This document shows, piece by piece, positions 1-9,600 of a DNA stretch of 64,000 nt (its first letter is position 1; each line of letters begins with the position of its first letter). A program made the position numbers and the translations under genes. Below the pieces are notes generated by a model. It ran no database searches. It was not told where the DNA came from and saw nothing but the letters and a program-made list of their open reading frames with translations. The DNA lies in assembly GCA_048941285.1 (NCBI GenBank), contig JBHLNS010000003.1:32001-96000 (forward strand), given 5' to 3'. Source of the stretch: Promethearchaeota archaeon. GTDB taxonomy: Archaea; Asgardarchaeota; Lokiarchaeia; Sigyniarchaeales; SOKP01.

Positions 1-1013
1 TGAATGTTAAAAAAGATATAGTATGGAATAAACCCATTCACATGTTTGGATTGGGTTTACCTCAATTCTTTTCCTTAGCTATTGCATGTGGTTGCGATTT
101 AATGGATTCCGCTGCATACATTTTATTTGCAAAAGAAAACAGATATTTCACTTTATCTACAGGAACGAGGAAATTAGATGAATTGGAAGAGTTTCCTTGT
201 CATTGCCCTATATGTTGTGAATATAACCCTAAGGAAGTGTTAAATTTCGATGAAAGTTTGCGAACTCAGCTACTTGCTAAACATAATTTATACTTATCTT
301 TTTCAGAGTTAAGAACAATTCGACAAGCGATTAAAGAAGGTAACTTATGGGAACTTGTTGAACAACGGATTAGAAATCACCCAGCACTAGTAAAAGCGTC
401 AAAATTGATTAAACACTATTTAATATTATTTGAAGAACATGAAAAATTGTATAAAACGCACGGTAGGTTATATTCCTCTCCAGAGAGCGTAGAAAGACCG
501 CTTATTTATCGCTATGAGAAAAAATTATTATATAATTATAGAGTTCCAAAAGATGCAAAATTTTTAATTATATTGCCTGAATTAGATATAAAGGGAGAAA
601 AATCTCCAAGCATTAAATATTGGTTAGAAAAAATTAATAATAACTCAATAATCCCTAGAAAATTTATTCACGTAGCATTTTTTTCTGATATTTATGGAAT
701 TATACCATTTGAACTTAGCTCATCTTTCCCTATGGGACAATATGAATCAATAGATCTATCAAATGAAAATGATATAATATATCAAAATTTCATGCAAAAA
801 GTAGATCTCTTCTTTAAGAATTATTTCCAATATTATTCAAAATGTGGGATAATAATTCCTGAAGAATTTGTTAATCAATTTAATGAGACTGTTCATTTTT
901 CTAAAAAAAATCTCTTAAATAATATAGTTGATAAATTTAAATCTAAATACAAACTAGAGATTACTATAAGTAATGAAGTGGACTCCCTCCTTAATTTCTT
1001 TAAAAGTGATTAA
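1..1013 (+). CDS. tgtA: Archaeosine tRNA-guanine transglycosylase, 5'-truncated by the window edge
   Basis: The frame is open from position 3 (NVKKDIVWNKPIHMFG). It has the PIHMFGLG, GCDLMDSAAY and CHCPIC...H zinc-site motifs and AIKEGNLWELVE, all typical of archaeal TGT. Confidence 0.9.
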   Translation, partial: NVKKDIVWNKPIHMFGLGLPQFFSLAIACGCDLMDSAAYILFAKENRYFTLSTGTRKLDELEEFPCHCPICCEYNPKEVLNFDESLRTQLLAKHNLYLSFSELRTIRQAIKEGNLWELVEQRIRNHPALVKASKLIKHYLILFEEHEKLYKTHGRLYSSPESVERPLIYRYEKKLLYNYRVPKDAKFLIILPELDIKGEKSPSIKYWLEKINNNSIIPRKFIHVAFFSDIYGIIPFELSSSFPMGQYESIDLSNENDIIYQNFMQKVDLFFKNYFQYYSKCGIIIPEEFVNQFNETVHFSKKNLLNNIVDKFKSKYKLEITISNEVDSLLNFFKSD

Positions 1014-1451
1014 ATGAGAACTTTAGAAAAGATTTACGCTTTTGGCCATGAAAATATCTTAAGCACTCATAAAACAACGATAGAACTTACAAAAGCTAAG
1101 TCATTAACAAAGAGAGGGAATTGCATAATAGGGATTAACGCTACAAAAGCTTGTTTTGATTTAAATTCTATTTTGAAAGAAAAAATAAACAATGGAAAAA
1201 AAGTAAAGGTCATATTAGAAGTAGATGATCTCCAAGACTCCTTCCATGGTTTTGGAAATAAAAATTTAAGATTATTAGATAAAGATGATATAGTATTTCG
1301 TAAAAGTGGTCATATATGTAATAGAACTGTACTTATTAACTGTTCAAAATCATCAAACGATATTAATCGTGAATTAATTGAAAAGCTAAAAGTTCCAGGA
1401 AAAAAATTATCAATAATATTTGAGATGAATGAGACAGATGGATATCAATAA
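1014..1451 (+). CDS. DUF371-family protein
   Basis: GHENILSTHKTTIELTK...RGNCIIG and IVFRKS...RT motifs match this archaeal family. The ATG directly follows the tgtA stop. Confidence 0.8.
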   Translation: MRTLEKIYAFGHENILSTHKTTIELTKAKSLTKRGNCIIGINATKACFDLNSILKEKINNGKKVKVILEVDDLQDSFHGFGNKNLRLLDKDDIVFRKSGHICNRTVLINCSKSSNDINRELIEKLKVPGKKLSIIFEMNETDGYQ

Positions 1452-2598
1452 TAAGCAAGAAATTACCTATATTAAATTGAATAAGAAAGATGGACAGCGT
1501 TTCATTGATTTCATAAAAAAGAATTTTAAAAAGATTCAAATTATTAATCACAAATTTAAAATATTATATGAAAATGATTACATTTTATATCCAATAATAC
1601 CAAACCAAGAGTTACTCGAAAAAGTGAAGAATTTAATAGATAAATTAATTATTTTTGAATTGAATTCTCAAGTAGGAATACCTAATGAATATTATAAATT
1701 TAGAACACTTCGAGAAGCTTTGGAAGGTAAAATTCTAAATGAATATTTAGATTTACTTCCAAAATCATATGATATTATCGGAGATATAGTTGTAGTCGAG
1801 CTTGATAAATTCCCTCAATTATATGGTGAAGAATTTTATAATTTCAAGGATAAAATTGCGAAGGCGATAGTTGATGTCAATGATTATATTAAAACAGTAT
1901 ATGAAAAAAGAAGTGAAATAAAAGGAAAATACCGCTTAAGAGAATTAGCTCTTTTGTATGGTGAGAATAAATCTGAAACGGTTCATAAAGAAAATGGTTG
2001 TTTTTTCAAACTTGACGTTAAGGATACATATTTTACTCCAAGATTGGTTTTTGAAAGACGAAGGGTTGGTTCAAGTGGGATAAAAGAGACTGAGTTGATT
2101 ATTGATATGTTTGCTGGAGTTGGAACATTCTCAATCCAAATCGCGAAAAATAAAAATGTTAAAATTTATGCTTTTGATATAAATCCTGAAGCATATAGGT
2201 ATTTGAAAGAAAATATTAATCTCAATAAACTTAAGGGAGAAATTTTCGCAAATAATATTGATATTAAAAATCTCCTCAATCCTAAAAACGATTTAGGAAA
2301 AAGGTTAATGAATAAAGCAGATAGGATTATAATGAATTTACCTGAAAGTTCAATCAAATTTATAGATGTAGCTTGCTTCTTAATGAAAGAATCTGGAGGA
2401 ATATTACATTTTTACCGATTCTCTGACAAACCAAATCCAATAGAAAAGACTTTATCGGATCTTGAAAGTGAACTTAGTCTTTATAATTGGGAGATTGAAT
2501 CTATTATGACTTCTAGGATTGTAAAGCATTACTCACCTAAATCTGAATTAGTTGTCATAGATGTGAAAATAAAAGGTCAAAATAAGATGCGGGCCTAG
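1429..2598 (+). CDS. trm5: Trm5/Met-10 family tRNA methyltransferase (true start may be ATG 1438)
   Basis: PKSYDIIGDI, ETVHKENG..FKLD, YFTPRL..ER, DMFAGVG (SAM-binding) and ADRIIMNLP motifs. Confidence 0.88.
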   Translation: MRQMDINNKQEITYIKLNKKDGQRFIDFIKKNFKKIQIINHKFKILYENDYILYPIIPNQELLEKVKNLIDKLIIFELNSQVGIPNEYYKFRTLREALEGKILNEYLDLLPKSYDIIGDIVVVELDKFPQLYGEEFYNFKDKIAKAIVDVNDYIKTVYEKRSEIKGKYRLRELALLYGENKSETVHKENGCFFKLDVKDTYFTPRLVFERRRVGSSGIKETELIIDMFAGVGTFSIQIAKNKNVKIYAFDINPEAYRYLKENINLNKLKGEIFANNIDIKNLLNPKNDLGKRLMNKADRIIMNLPESSIKFIDVACFLMKESGGILHFYRFSDKPNPIEKTLSDLESELSLYNWEIESIMTSRIVKHYSPKSELVVIDVKIKGQNKMRA

Positions 2599-2664
2599 CA
2601 GGATTCGAACCTGCGACTTTCGGATTAGAAGTCCGACGCCCAATCCAGGCTAGGCTATAGGCCC
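2590..2664 (-). tRNA. tRNA-Arg(UCU), no intron, CCA not encoded
   Basis: The minus strand folds as a cloverleaf: acceptor GGGCCTA/TAGGCCC with discriminator G, anticodon arm TCGGA-CTTCTAA-TCCGA, T arm GCAGG-TTCGAAT-CCTGC. Confidence 0.96.
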
Positions 2665-2801
2665 TGATTTTGGTAATTTAATGTCTTATACTTATTAAAT
2701 TATCTAAAATAATGTTTAAACTTTATTATGCCCTAAAGTAAATTTTATCCATTTTAAGCATTTATGTAGTAATTTAAATATAGAATTATAGAATATTTTT
2801 T

Positions 2802-2945
2802 ATGTATCTTCATAATACTATTTATATTCAATGCCCATCGTGTAGAACTGATATACATTTAGATTCAAAATGCAATTCTTGCTATGTTTGTGGTAGATTA
2901 TTTAACTCTTTCGAAATTTATGATATAAAACCTAAAAATACCTAA
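2802..2945 (+). CDS. 47-aa zinc-ribbon microprotein (not in ORF track)
   Basis: Hand translation MYLHNTIYIQCPSCRTDIHLDSKCNSCYVCGRLFNSFEIYDIKPKNT, with CPSC...CYVCG. Confidence 0.6.
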   Translation: MYLHNTIYIQCPSCRTDIHLDSKCNSCYVCGRLFNSFEIYDIKPKNT

Positions 2946-3090
2946 CTTTTTTTATTTTATAAGTTAATTTAAAAAATAGTTTAGAGAGAATTAAAAAAAT
3001 TTTAAGATAAAACTAATTTCTTTCTTAAATAGATTTAGCGAAAAACAAGAAATAGATATTTATTCGCATAATTGGATATCTTAAAAATTA

Positions 3091-3228
3091 TTACTTCTTA
3101 TCAATACTGGGCTGAGATTTATCAATTGAATAGTCAAATGGCGTACCACACATAGGACATAAATCTTTTTTGAATGAAATTTCAAAATCTATACATAATC
3201 TACAATTAGGACATCTAATTAATTTCAT
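3091..3228 (-). CDS. 45-aa CPxCG-type zinc-ribbon microprotein (not in ORF track)
   Basis: Hand translation MKLIRCPNCRLCIDFEISFKKDLCPMCGTPFDYSIDKSQPSIDKK, with CPNC...CPMCG. Confidence 0.65.
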   Translation of the reverse strand: MKLIRCPNCRLCIDFEISFKKDLCPMCGTPFDYSIDKSQPSIDKK

Positions 3229-3331
3229 AAAATTTTATCCAAAATTATCTTTTTAAACTCCAACATAAAAAAGGATTCACTCAATCTGAATTTTTCAATT
3301 GGTTTAATTATATAATCTGAGATAAAGTGAT

Positions 3332-4627
3332 ATGCTTACTTACAAAAAGATAGAGAAAAAATCTAAAAGGGAAAATATTCAAGATACGATTAAAAAAACA
3401 AAAAGTAGATCAAACAATTATGTTGTATTCTCATTGGTTTATTTCATCATTAGTTTGATTCAAATCTACGTTCTTGTTTACATCCCTTTATTTCATTTCG
3501 ATGTTTTAAATGTAGATAGATCCAGCTTATCTTTAGTACAGAGTTTATCATATCTTGTTTTGTTTTCCTTTCCCGCTTTGGGATTATTTTTTGATAAATA
3601 TTCAAAATATAAGAATAAGATAATTGTTTCATTCAGTTTTGTCCTATCTTTAAGTTTTTTAATGTTTATTATATATAATCAATTTCTTCTCAGTTATGCC
3701 ATATTTTTAGTTCTATTTCTGATTAGTCAAGCAGTAATAAGAACTGGAATGTCAAAACTACTTTTAGAATCTACTGATAAAAAGAGCGAAAGAAATCTAA
3801 TTATATTAATCAATTCCTGCTCCTCAATAGGGATATTACTCTCTTCATTTCTCTTCAAATTTTGTGTTAAAGAAATTGAATCTTTAGATTTTTGGAATAT
3901 TTTCTTTGTAGTAGGATGGTTAATAACTTCCCCCTTATTAATTATTTTTATTTTTATGAGAAAAACCTCTTTAAAAGAACCATATCAAGAAACCCCTAAT
4001 GAAATTCTTGAAAAAGAAGATTATTTTAAGCTTTTTTCACCTTTAATAATAACTCTTATATTTTTGGCTTATTATTTTTTATGGGGTGATAAATTAATGT
4101 CATATCCTTTCAGTTCTTACATTCTATCCAGATTTGGGCAGATAGGTTTTACTCTATATTCAGATTTTTACGTAATTTTTACTCTTTTTAACATAATGGG
4201 TTATTATCTAGCAAAGCGAATCCTAAACAAAATAAATTTCAACGAAAATCCAACTATTAATCAAAACAAAAAGTTATTTCAGATTATTATTTTTCTAACG
4301 GTAATCTATATGGTTAGTTTAATTCTATTGCTTTTTTCAAACATAATAATTCTACTAATTACATATTCCTTTATTTACTTCTTAGGTGGATTGTTTGTAG
4401 TACTTTACATAACTCTTTTTCTCCAAATCTCCAGGACTAAAAAAAATCAAAATTTCATCTATTGGTTAATGTCATTGTCTTCTAATTTGGCTAGCATTAC
4501 TCTTATACCACTTGGTACGCTGTTGTCTCAATATGTACAAATGGAGATCTTAATTATTATGGTTATTTCATTAACATCCCTATCGATTATATTCATTTTT
4601 TTGTTAAAATTTTCTATCATGCTATAG
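3332..4627 (+). CDS. MFS-type transporter
   Basis: About 12 hydrophobic segments in two halves and an MFS motif-A-like GLFFDKY after TM2. Confidence 0.75.
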   Translation: MLTYKKIEKKSKRENIQDTIKKTKSRSNNYVVFSLVYFIISLIQIYVLVYIPLFHFDVLNVDRSSLSLVQSLSYLVLFSFPALGLFFDKYSKYKNKIIVSFSFVLSLSFLMFIIYNQFLLSYAIFLVLFLISQAVIRTGMSKLLLESTDKKSERNLIILINSCSSIGILLSSFLFKFCVKEIESLDFWNIFFVVGWLITSPLLIIFIFMRKTSLKEPYQETPNEILEKEDYFKLFSPLIITLIFLAYYFLWGDKLMSYPFSSYILSRFGQIGFTLYSDFYVIFTLFNIMGYYLAKRILNKINFNENPTINQNKKLFQIIIFLTVIYMVSLILLLFSNIIILLITYSFIYFLGGLFVVLYITLFLQISRTKKNQNFIYWLMSLSSNLASITLIPLGTLLSQYVQMEILIIMVISLTSLSIIFIFLLKFSIML

Positions 4628-4718
4628 AATTTTAATCAACTTTAAAATCCATTTAGAATTTTTTTTAAATGTAATTATCCCTTTGCATCTTAAGTGAGAA
4701 TGAAATATGCTTTTATGA

Positions 4719-6332
4719 TTATTTTTTCATAAAATAATTGTATCCTTGAATAAATTCTGTTTTATTAAAATCTCTTAAGGAGTCTTCTTTATTTTTTATG
4801 TTGTAATAATCAGGATTTTTTTTTGAAAATTGAGCTTCAAATACTTTTAAAAAGAAATTATATATTTTTCTGTAAAGCTCTTTAATTTTAAGATTCTTAC
4901 TTGGATCTACATATATTGCTTTAAAATATTGGTCATCATCATATCTTTTCCACCAATTAGGATAATAAATCGTTGCTCCATAATTATTTTCTCCATTTAG
5001 ATATGATTCTGAATTGGGATATGCCACATATTTATTAAATTTTAAATATATTTGATATTTTTCTATTAAAGAGCTTCCATTGACTCTCTTTTTCAAGAAA
5101 AAATCAAAATTTTCTCTTAATGTCATTTTATCTTCTCCTGGAACTCCAAATAAGATATTAAAGTATGGCATCATTCTCAATTTTGACATAACCTTTATAA
5201 TATGCATTGATTTTTTTAAATAATAATTGATATTATCATCTTGTTGTTTTATTGAATTACCTAGCAATTTACCCATTCTAAGGAGCATTTTTTTAGATCC
5301 TGACTCAAAACCAAAGTATGGTGTTACATTCGCTTTCTTGTAATACTCTGCCATCTTTAATGGAAACATATCTATACGTTCTGCTACCCAAAATACAGTA
5401 AAATTATTAGTTAAGATTTTTCTATTTTTCTCTAACTCATTTAAGAATTTTAATTTTAGTGATTTTTTTGGTATAAAAAGTTCATCAGAAATGTATAAAA
5501 AATTATTTTTATTCCATTCCATATCATTTAGGATTTTGATTTCTTTAATACTCCTTTCTATAGATTTAAATCGTATTAATGAAGGCATTACTTTATTTCC
5601 AAGAGAATTTGGGCAATAACTACATTTAAAATAACACCCTCTTGACAGATCTAACCAATAAACTAATCGTTGCTCCCTGTTAAAGTCCTTTTTATAATTA
5701 CTTATCAAATCCAAATTAATTATAGGAAGATCGTTAAGATTTTCAATATATTCAGATTGCAGAACATTATATTCACTTTTTGTTTTATTTAATAGAGAAT
5801 CTTTTGAAGAACGCAATATTTCATTAACAAATTTGTAAAATGGGATCTCCCCTTCACCTAAAACTAAGTAATCTATAATATTGATGGATTTCTTCTGTAG
5901 GGATTCCTTGATCTCAATTGGCATATTTGGAGTTTGAAAATCTTCTGGACAAGACGAAACATGTGCACCTCCAACAATAATAAGAATTGATTTGTTTATC
6001 TCCTGTTTTATAATCGAAGCTATTTCCAAAGTACTAAGATAGCAGTAAGAACTATAACAAGAAATTGCAATAATATCAAAATTAAATTCATTATATGTTT
6101 TTTCTATTTGTTTTTTTAAAGCTGGTCTATAGTTATTAATATCAGTAGGATTTATTTCCGATATTCGCTCAAAACGTAAATCTAAGTATTTTTCTTCTAT
6201 TTTCGACAACAAATTTTTACTATTCAAAAAATTTGATATTCGACAGAAGTATGTGAGTATCGGTTTTGGTGATTTCCCCCACGTTTCATTAGGATAAATA
6301 TATAAAATTTTTAACTTCATATTAATGCCCAT
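4719..6332 (-). CDS. Cobalamin-binding radical SAM protein
   Basis: B12-binding-type N-terminus (DIIAISCYS, IIVGGAHVS, GEGE), SRGCYFKCSYC cluster motif, GFESGS and GVPGE. Confidence 0.9.
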   Translation of the reverse strand: MGINMKLKILYIYPNETWGKSPKPILTYFCRISNFLNSKNLLSKIEEKYLDLRFERISEINPTDINNYRPALKKQIEKTYNEFNFDIIAISCYSSYCYLSTLEIASIIKQEINKSILIIVGGAHVSSCPEDFQTPNMPIEIKESLQKKSINIIDYLVLGEGEIPFYKFVNEILRSSKDSLLNKTKSEYNVLQSEYIENLNDLPIINLDLISNYKKDFNREQRLVYWLDLSRGCYFKCSYCPNSLGNKVMPSLIRFKSIERSIKEIKILNDMEWNKNNFLYISDELFIPKKSLKLKFLNELEKNRKILTNNFTVFWVAERIDMFPLKMAEYYKKANVTPYFGFESGSKKMLLRMGKLLGNSIKQQDDNINYYLKKSMHIIKVMSKLRMMPYFNILFGVPGEDKMTLRENFDFFLKKRVNGSSLIEKYQIYLKFNKYVAYPNSESYLNGENNYGATIYYPNWWKRYDDDQYFKAIYVDPSKNLKIKELYRKIYNFFLKVFEAQFSKKNPDYYNIKNKEDSLRDFNKTEFIQGYNYFMKK

Positions 6333-6616
6333 ATTTTAATATTTTATTTAAAATAATCAAATTTATTATATGAAAGTCCTTATAAATCTGCTTAATACTA
6401 TTATTGTCTAGCTTGCTTTTTATACTCCACATAAAATAATCTCTTTAAAGAGATTTATTAGTTTTTAATTAGCAAAAAAAGAAATAGAATGTAAATGTCA
6501 ATAAAGACTTTACATAACAGGCCAATCCTCATAACCAGGCATATCACTATTATTCTTTAGTAACTTTTTTAAACTAAACTAAAAATTAAAATTGTTTAAT
6601 GAGTGATTTAAAAATT

Positions 6617-9600
6617 CTAGAATCCCTCTGCACTTCTATACAAAAGATCCGGATAAATTTTTTCAAATTTTTTTGTAAAAATTTTGTGATTCATCCAAAT
6701 CTTGTCCTTATTATTCCATTTAAGATTAATTAGTGGATTATAAGTATCTAAAAATTTTAGACTCCCATAAATTTCTTTTAAGAGATTCATACCATTAACT
6801 AAATCTGTTAAAATAATGTAATATTTGATTTCTAAATACTCAAATAATAAGTTAAATAATTTAAGGAATTCATCAAGCTCGCATTGAGGAAAATATAACT
6901 TAATCATTAAACCGTTTTCAAATTTAATTTCTTTATTAAATCCGTAGATATAAAATTCTCCTGCTATTTCATAAATAAATCCATAATTGAAAAAGTTAAA
7001 AATATTTATAATCGTTTGATTCAATCCTGCTTTCACATTAGGTAAAATTATATAGATTTTATCTTGAAAACCTAAATTCTTTATTGAAATGTAAGGAAAT
7101 ATTAAGTTCTTTTTAAGCAACTCAGAAAAATTTTTGACCATTAAATATTTCTGCGTTCCTAAAAATGACTTTATATCCAATGATTTCCATGAATAAATTT
7201 CAGTTAATGCTTGAAAATAAAAAGAGTAGGGGTTAAATTGATCTGGTATTGATGAAGGGTCAATATTAAATTGATTTAATTTAATCGATTCACGTTGATA
7301 AAGCTGATTAAAAAGTATATTTTGCATATATATTTTAAAATGATTTGAATCATAATTCCAGCCATTAGGCTTTAGGTTGTGATTAAAATTGAGAATTTGA
7401 TAAACACGCTTAATGAAAAATAGGCAATATTCTTTAATTATACGTTTAGTTTTTGTATACCAATTAAGATGTTTCATATTAGGATTACCATGAGGGAAAA
7501 TATATTTAATTAAAAAAGAGTTTGTATGATCAATATTAGTAGGATATTTAATGGATTGAAAAGTATTGATTAGGAGATGTTTAAAATCTATTTCGTCTAC
7601 ATTAGAAGGGTGTATATACAAAAAGAATTGATTTAATTTAAATGCTTGAAAGTTCGGAATAAATTTAATAGATTTAATATAAGTTTTAAAAAAAGGAGCT
7701 TGTTTTAAATCCTTAAACTTTTCTGTGTTAAGAAGACTCACTGTGAGATTTTCATTGAGGGTTCTCAACTCATTTAATCTATTTAGATTGAAATCTGGTT
7801 GCTCATATGAAATACGATTATCTACGGCTTTTATTAGATTGAAAATATTACTTTCTTTTGACCAAAATTTATCTTGAGACGTAAATTTTAGTACTGGCAA
7901 TGATTCAAATGATTCTCCTAAAAGATTTTGTATATAAAGAAAAATTTGTTCAAATAAATCTCTAGTATAGAAAAACTCGCCTTTATCAAAATCATAAAAA
8001 TCTTTAATTAACACAAAAGGTACTAGACCACTTGTAAAATATCTTTTAAAACTGATAAGATCTTTATTAAAAATATTATAAAGAATCGAGGTTAGCATTT
8101 CCTTTTCTTTAATATTCAGAAAATATATAAATAGAATAATATAGGAATCGTTGTTGAAAGAATTTCGTACTCTATCTAATAATACTCTCGGAAAAAATCT
8201 AATGATTTTTTCTAATTGGATATTTACATTAAGTGTATCTTTCAATAGCAGAATTGGATGATATTTAGCAAAAGTACTTGTAATTATTGTCTTAATTAAT
8301 CCGGGTATAATTAAATCTGTTTCAATAAATCTTTTAAATATGGAATCTAGTTTTTGATTTGTGATTTTATATGGCTTAAATTTCTCAAAAGATGCCTTTA
8401 GTTTCTTTTCCTTTGTGTAATAAATTTTTTCTGGAAATTCTTCATTATTAACAATTTCTTTCATTGAATCAAGGTTAAAAATCTTAAGTTTCTTACAAGA
8501 ACTAAAGAAATTAAAAAAATAGTAATATTTCTGTTTTAATACTGTAAATTTTTCAAAATTTCTAAAATAATGGTGAAAAAAATCTCGAAATACTATTTTT
8601 TGAATATCTTTATTTTTGAGATATAAATTCTCTTCAATCGATTGAGATATTTTGTGTCTTTTCATAAATTCTTGTAATTTATTTAAGTTATTAATTTCAG
8701 GATATTGTCTAATTACATTTTCAATTAAATCCAAATATACTAATGTTTGTTGGAGCGTATCCTCTATATAAAAAAATCCAAACTTTTGATTAGTTTCCAA
8801 AAAATCTAATAATTCCTTTCTTAATTTTGGATCTTCATAGAATATATTAAGAGAAGATTTTAAGTTTGAAATTAATAATCTCTCACTTTCAATATAATTT
8901 AACAACTCATCTTTAATAGATTGAAGTGTTTCTACTCTCTGTTCAAATCCGAAACCTGTGAGGCTGGTTTGCCTAGCCCTTTCAAAAATAACCCAATCCA
9001 GCAGATTTAATCTAATCAATCTTTGAGGTTTACCATAATAGCTAGTAAATTTAAGTTCAAGACGATTATCATAATCTTTATGATTTGGATTTATGATCTT
9101 ATTTAGTCCTTTTAGGTATTCTCTAAAATAATTCAAATTTATAAAGTTGTTATACTCTAACCAAATATAACAATCCGTATTGGTAATGTATCCATGCATT
9201 TTTAATTTTTCAATTAATTTCTCCAAGTCTTTTAGATAAATTCTAGGTATTACAACTAAATTAAATACTTCTGTTGAAAAGCCGTTTCTTACAAAAACAG
9301 GATTATGCAAAAATGGGATTTTATCTATGATATTAGAAATATCATTTTGATTTAGAATAGGGTGGAACTTTAGAATCGAGATTAACAAAGCAATATCTAG
9401 TTTGTGAAAATCTACATGAAATGATGGAGAAATTATTGTATACTTGTTAATCCAACGCAGATTTTCACTAAATTTTCTTTTGCTTAAATCAGTGGAAAAA
9501 AGTCCTTCTTCTTTAAACTTTTGAAAATAATCTTCAAATTCGATGTATTTTTTAAATAATTTTACTTGATCAAAAATTTTAATAAGAATTCTAATAGTCT

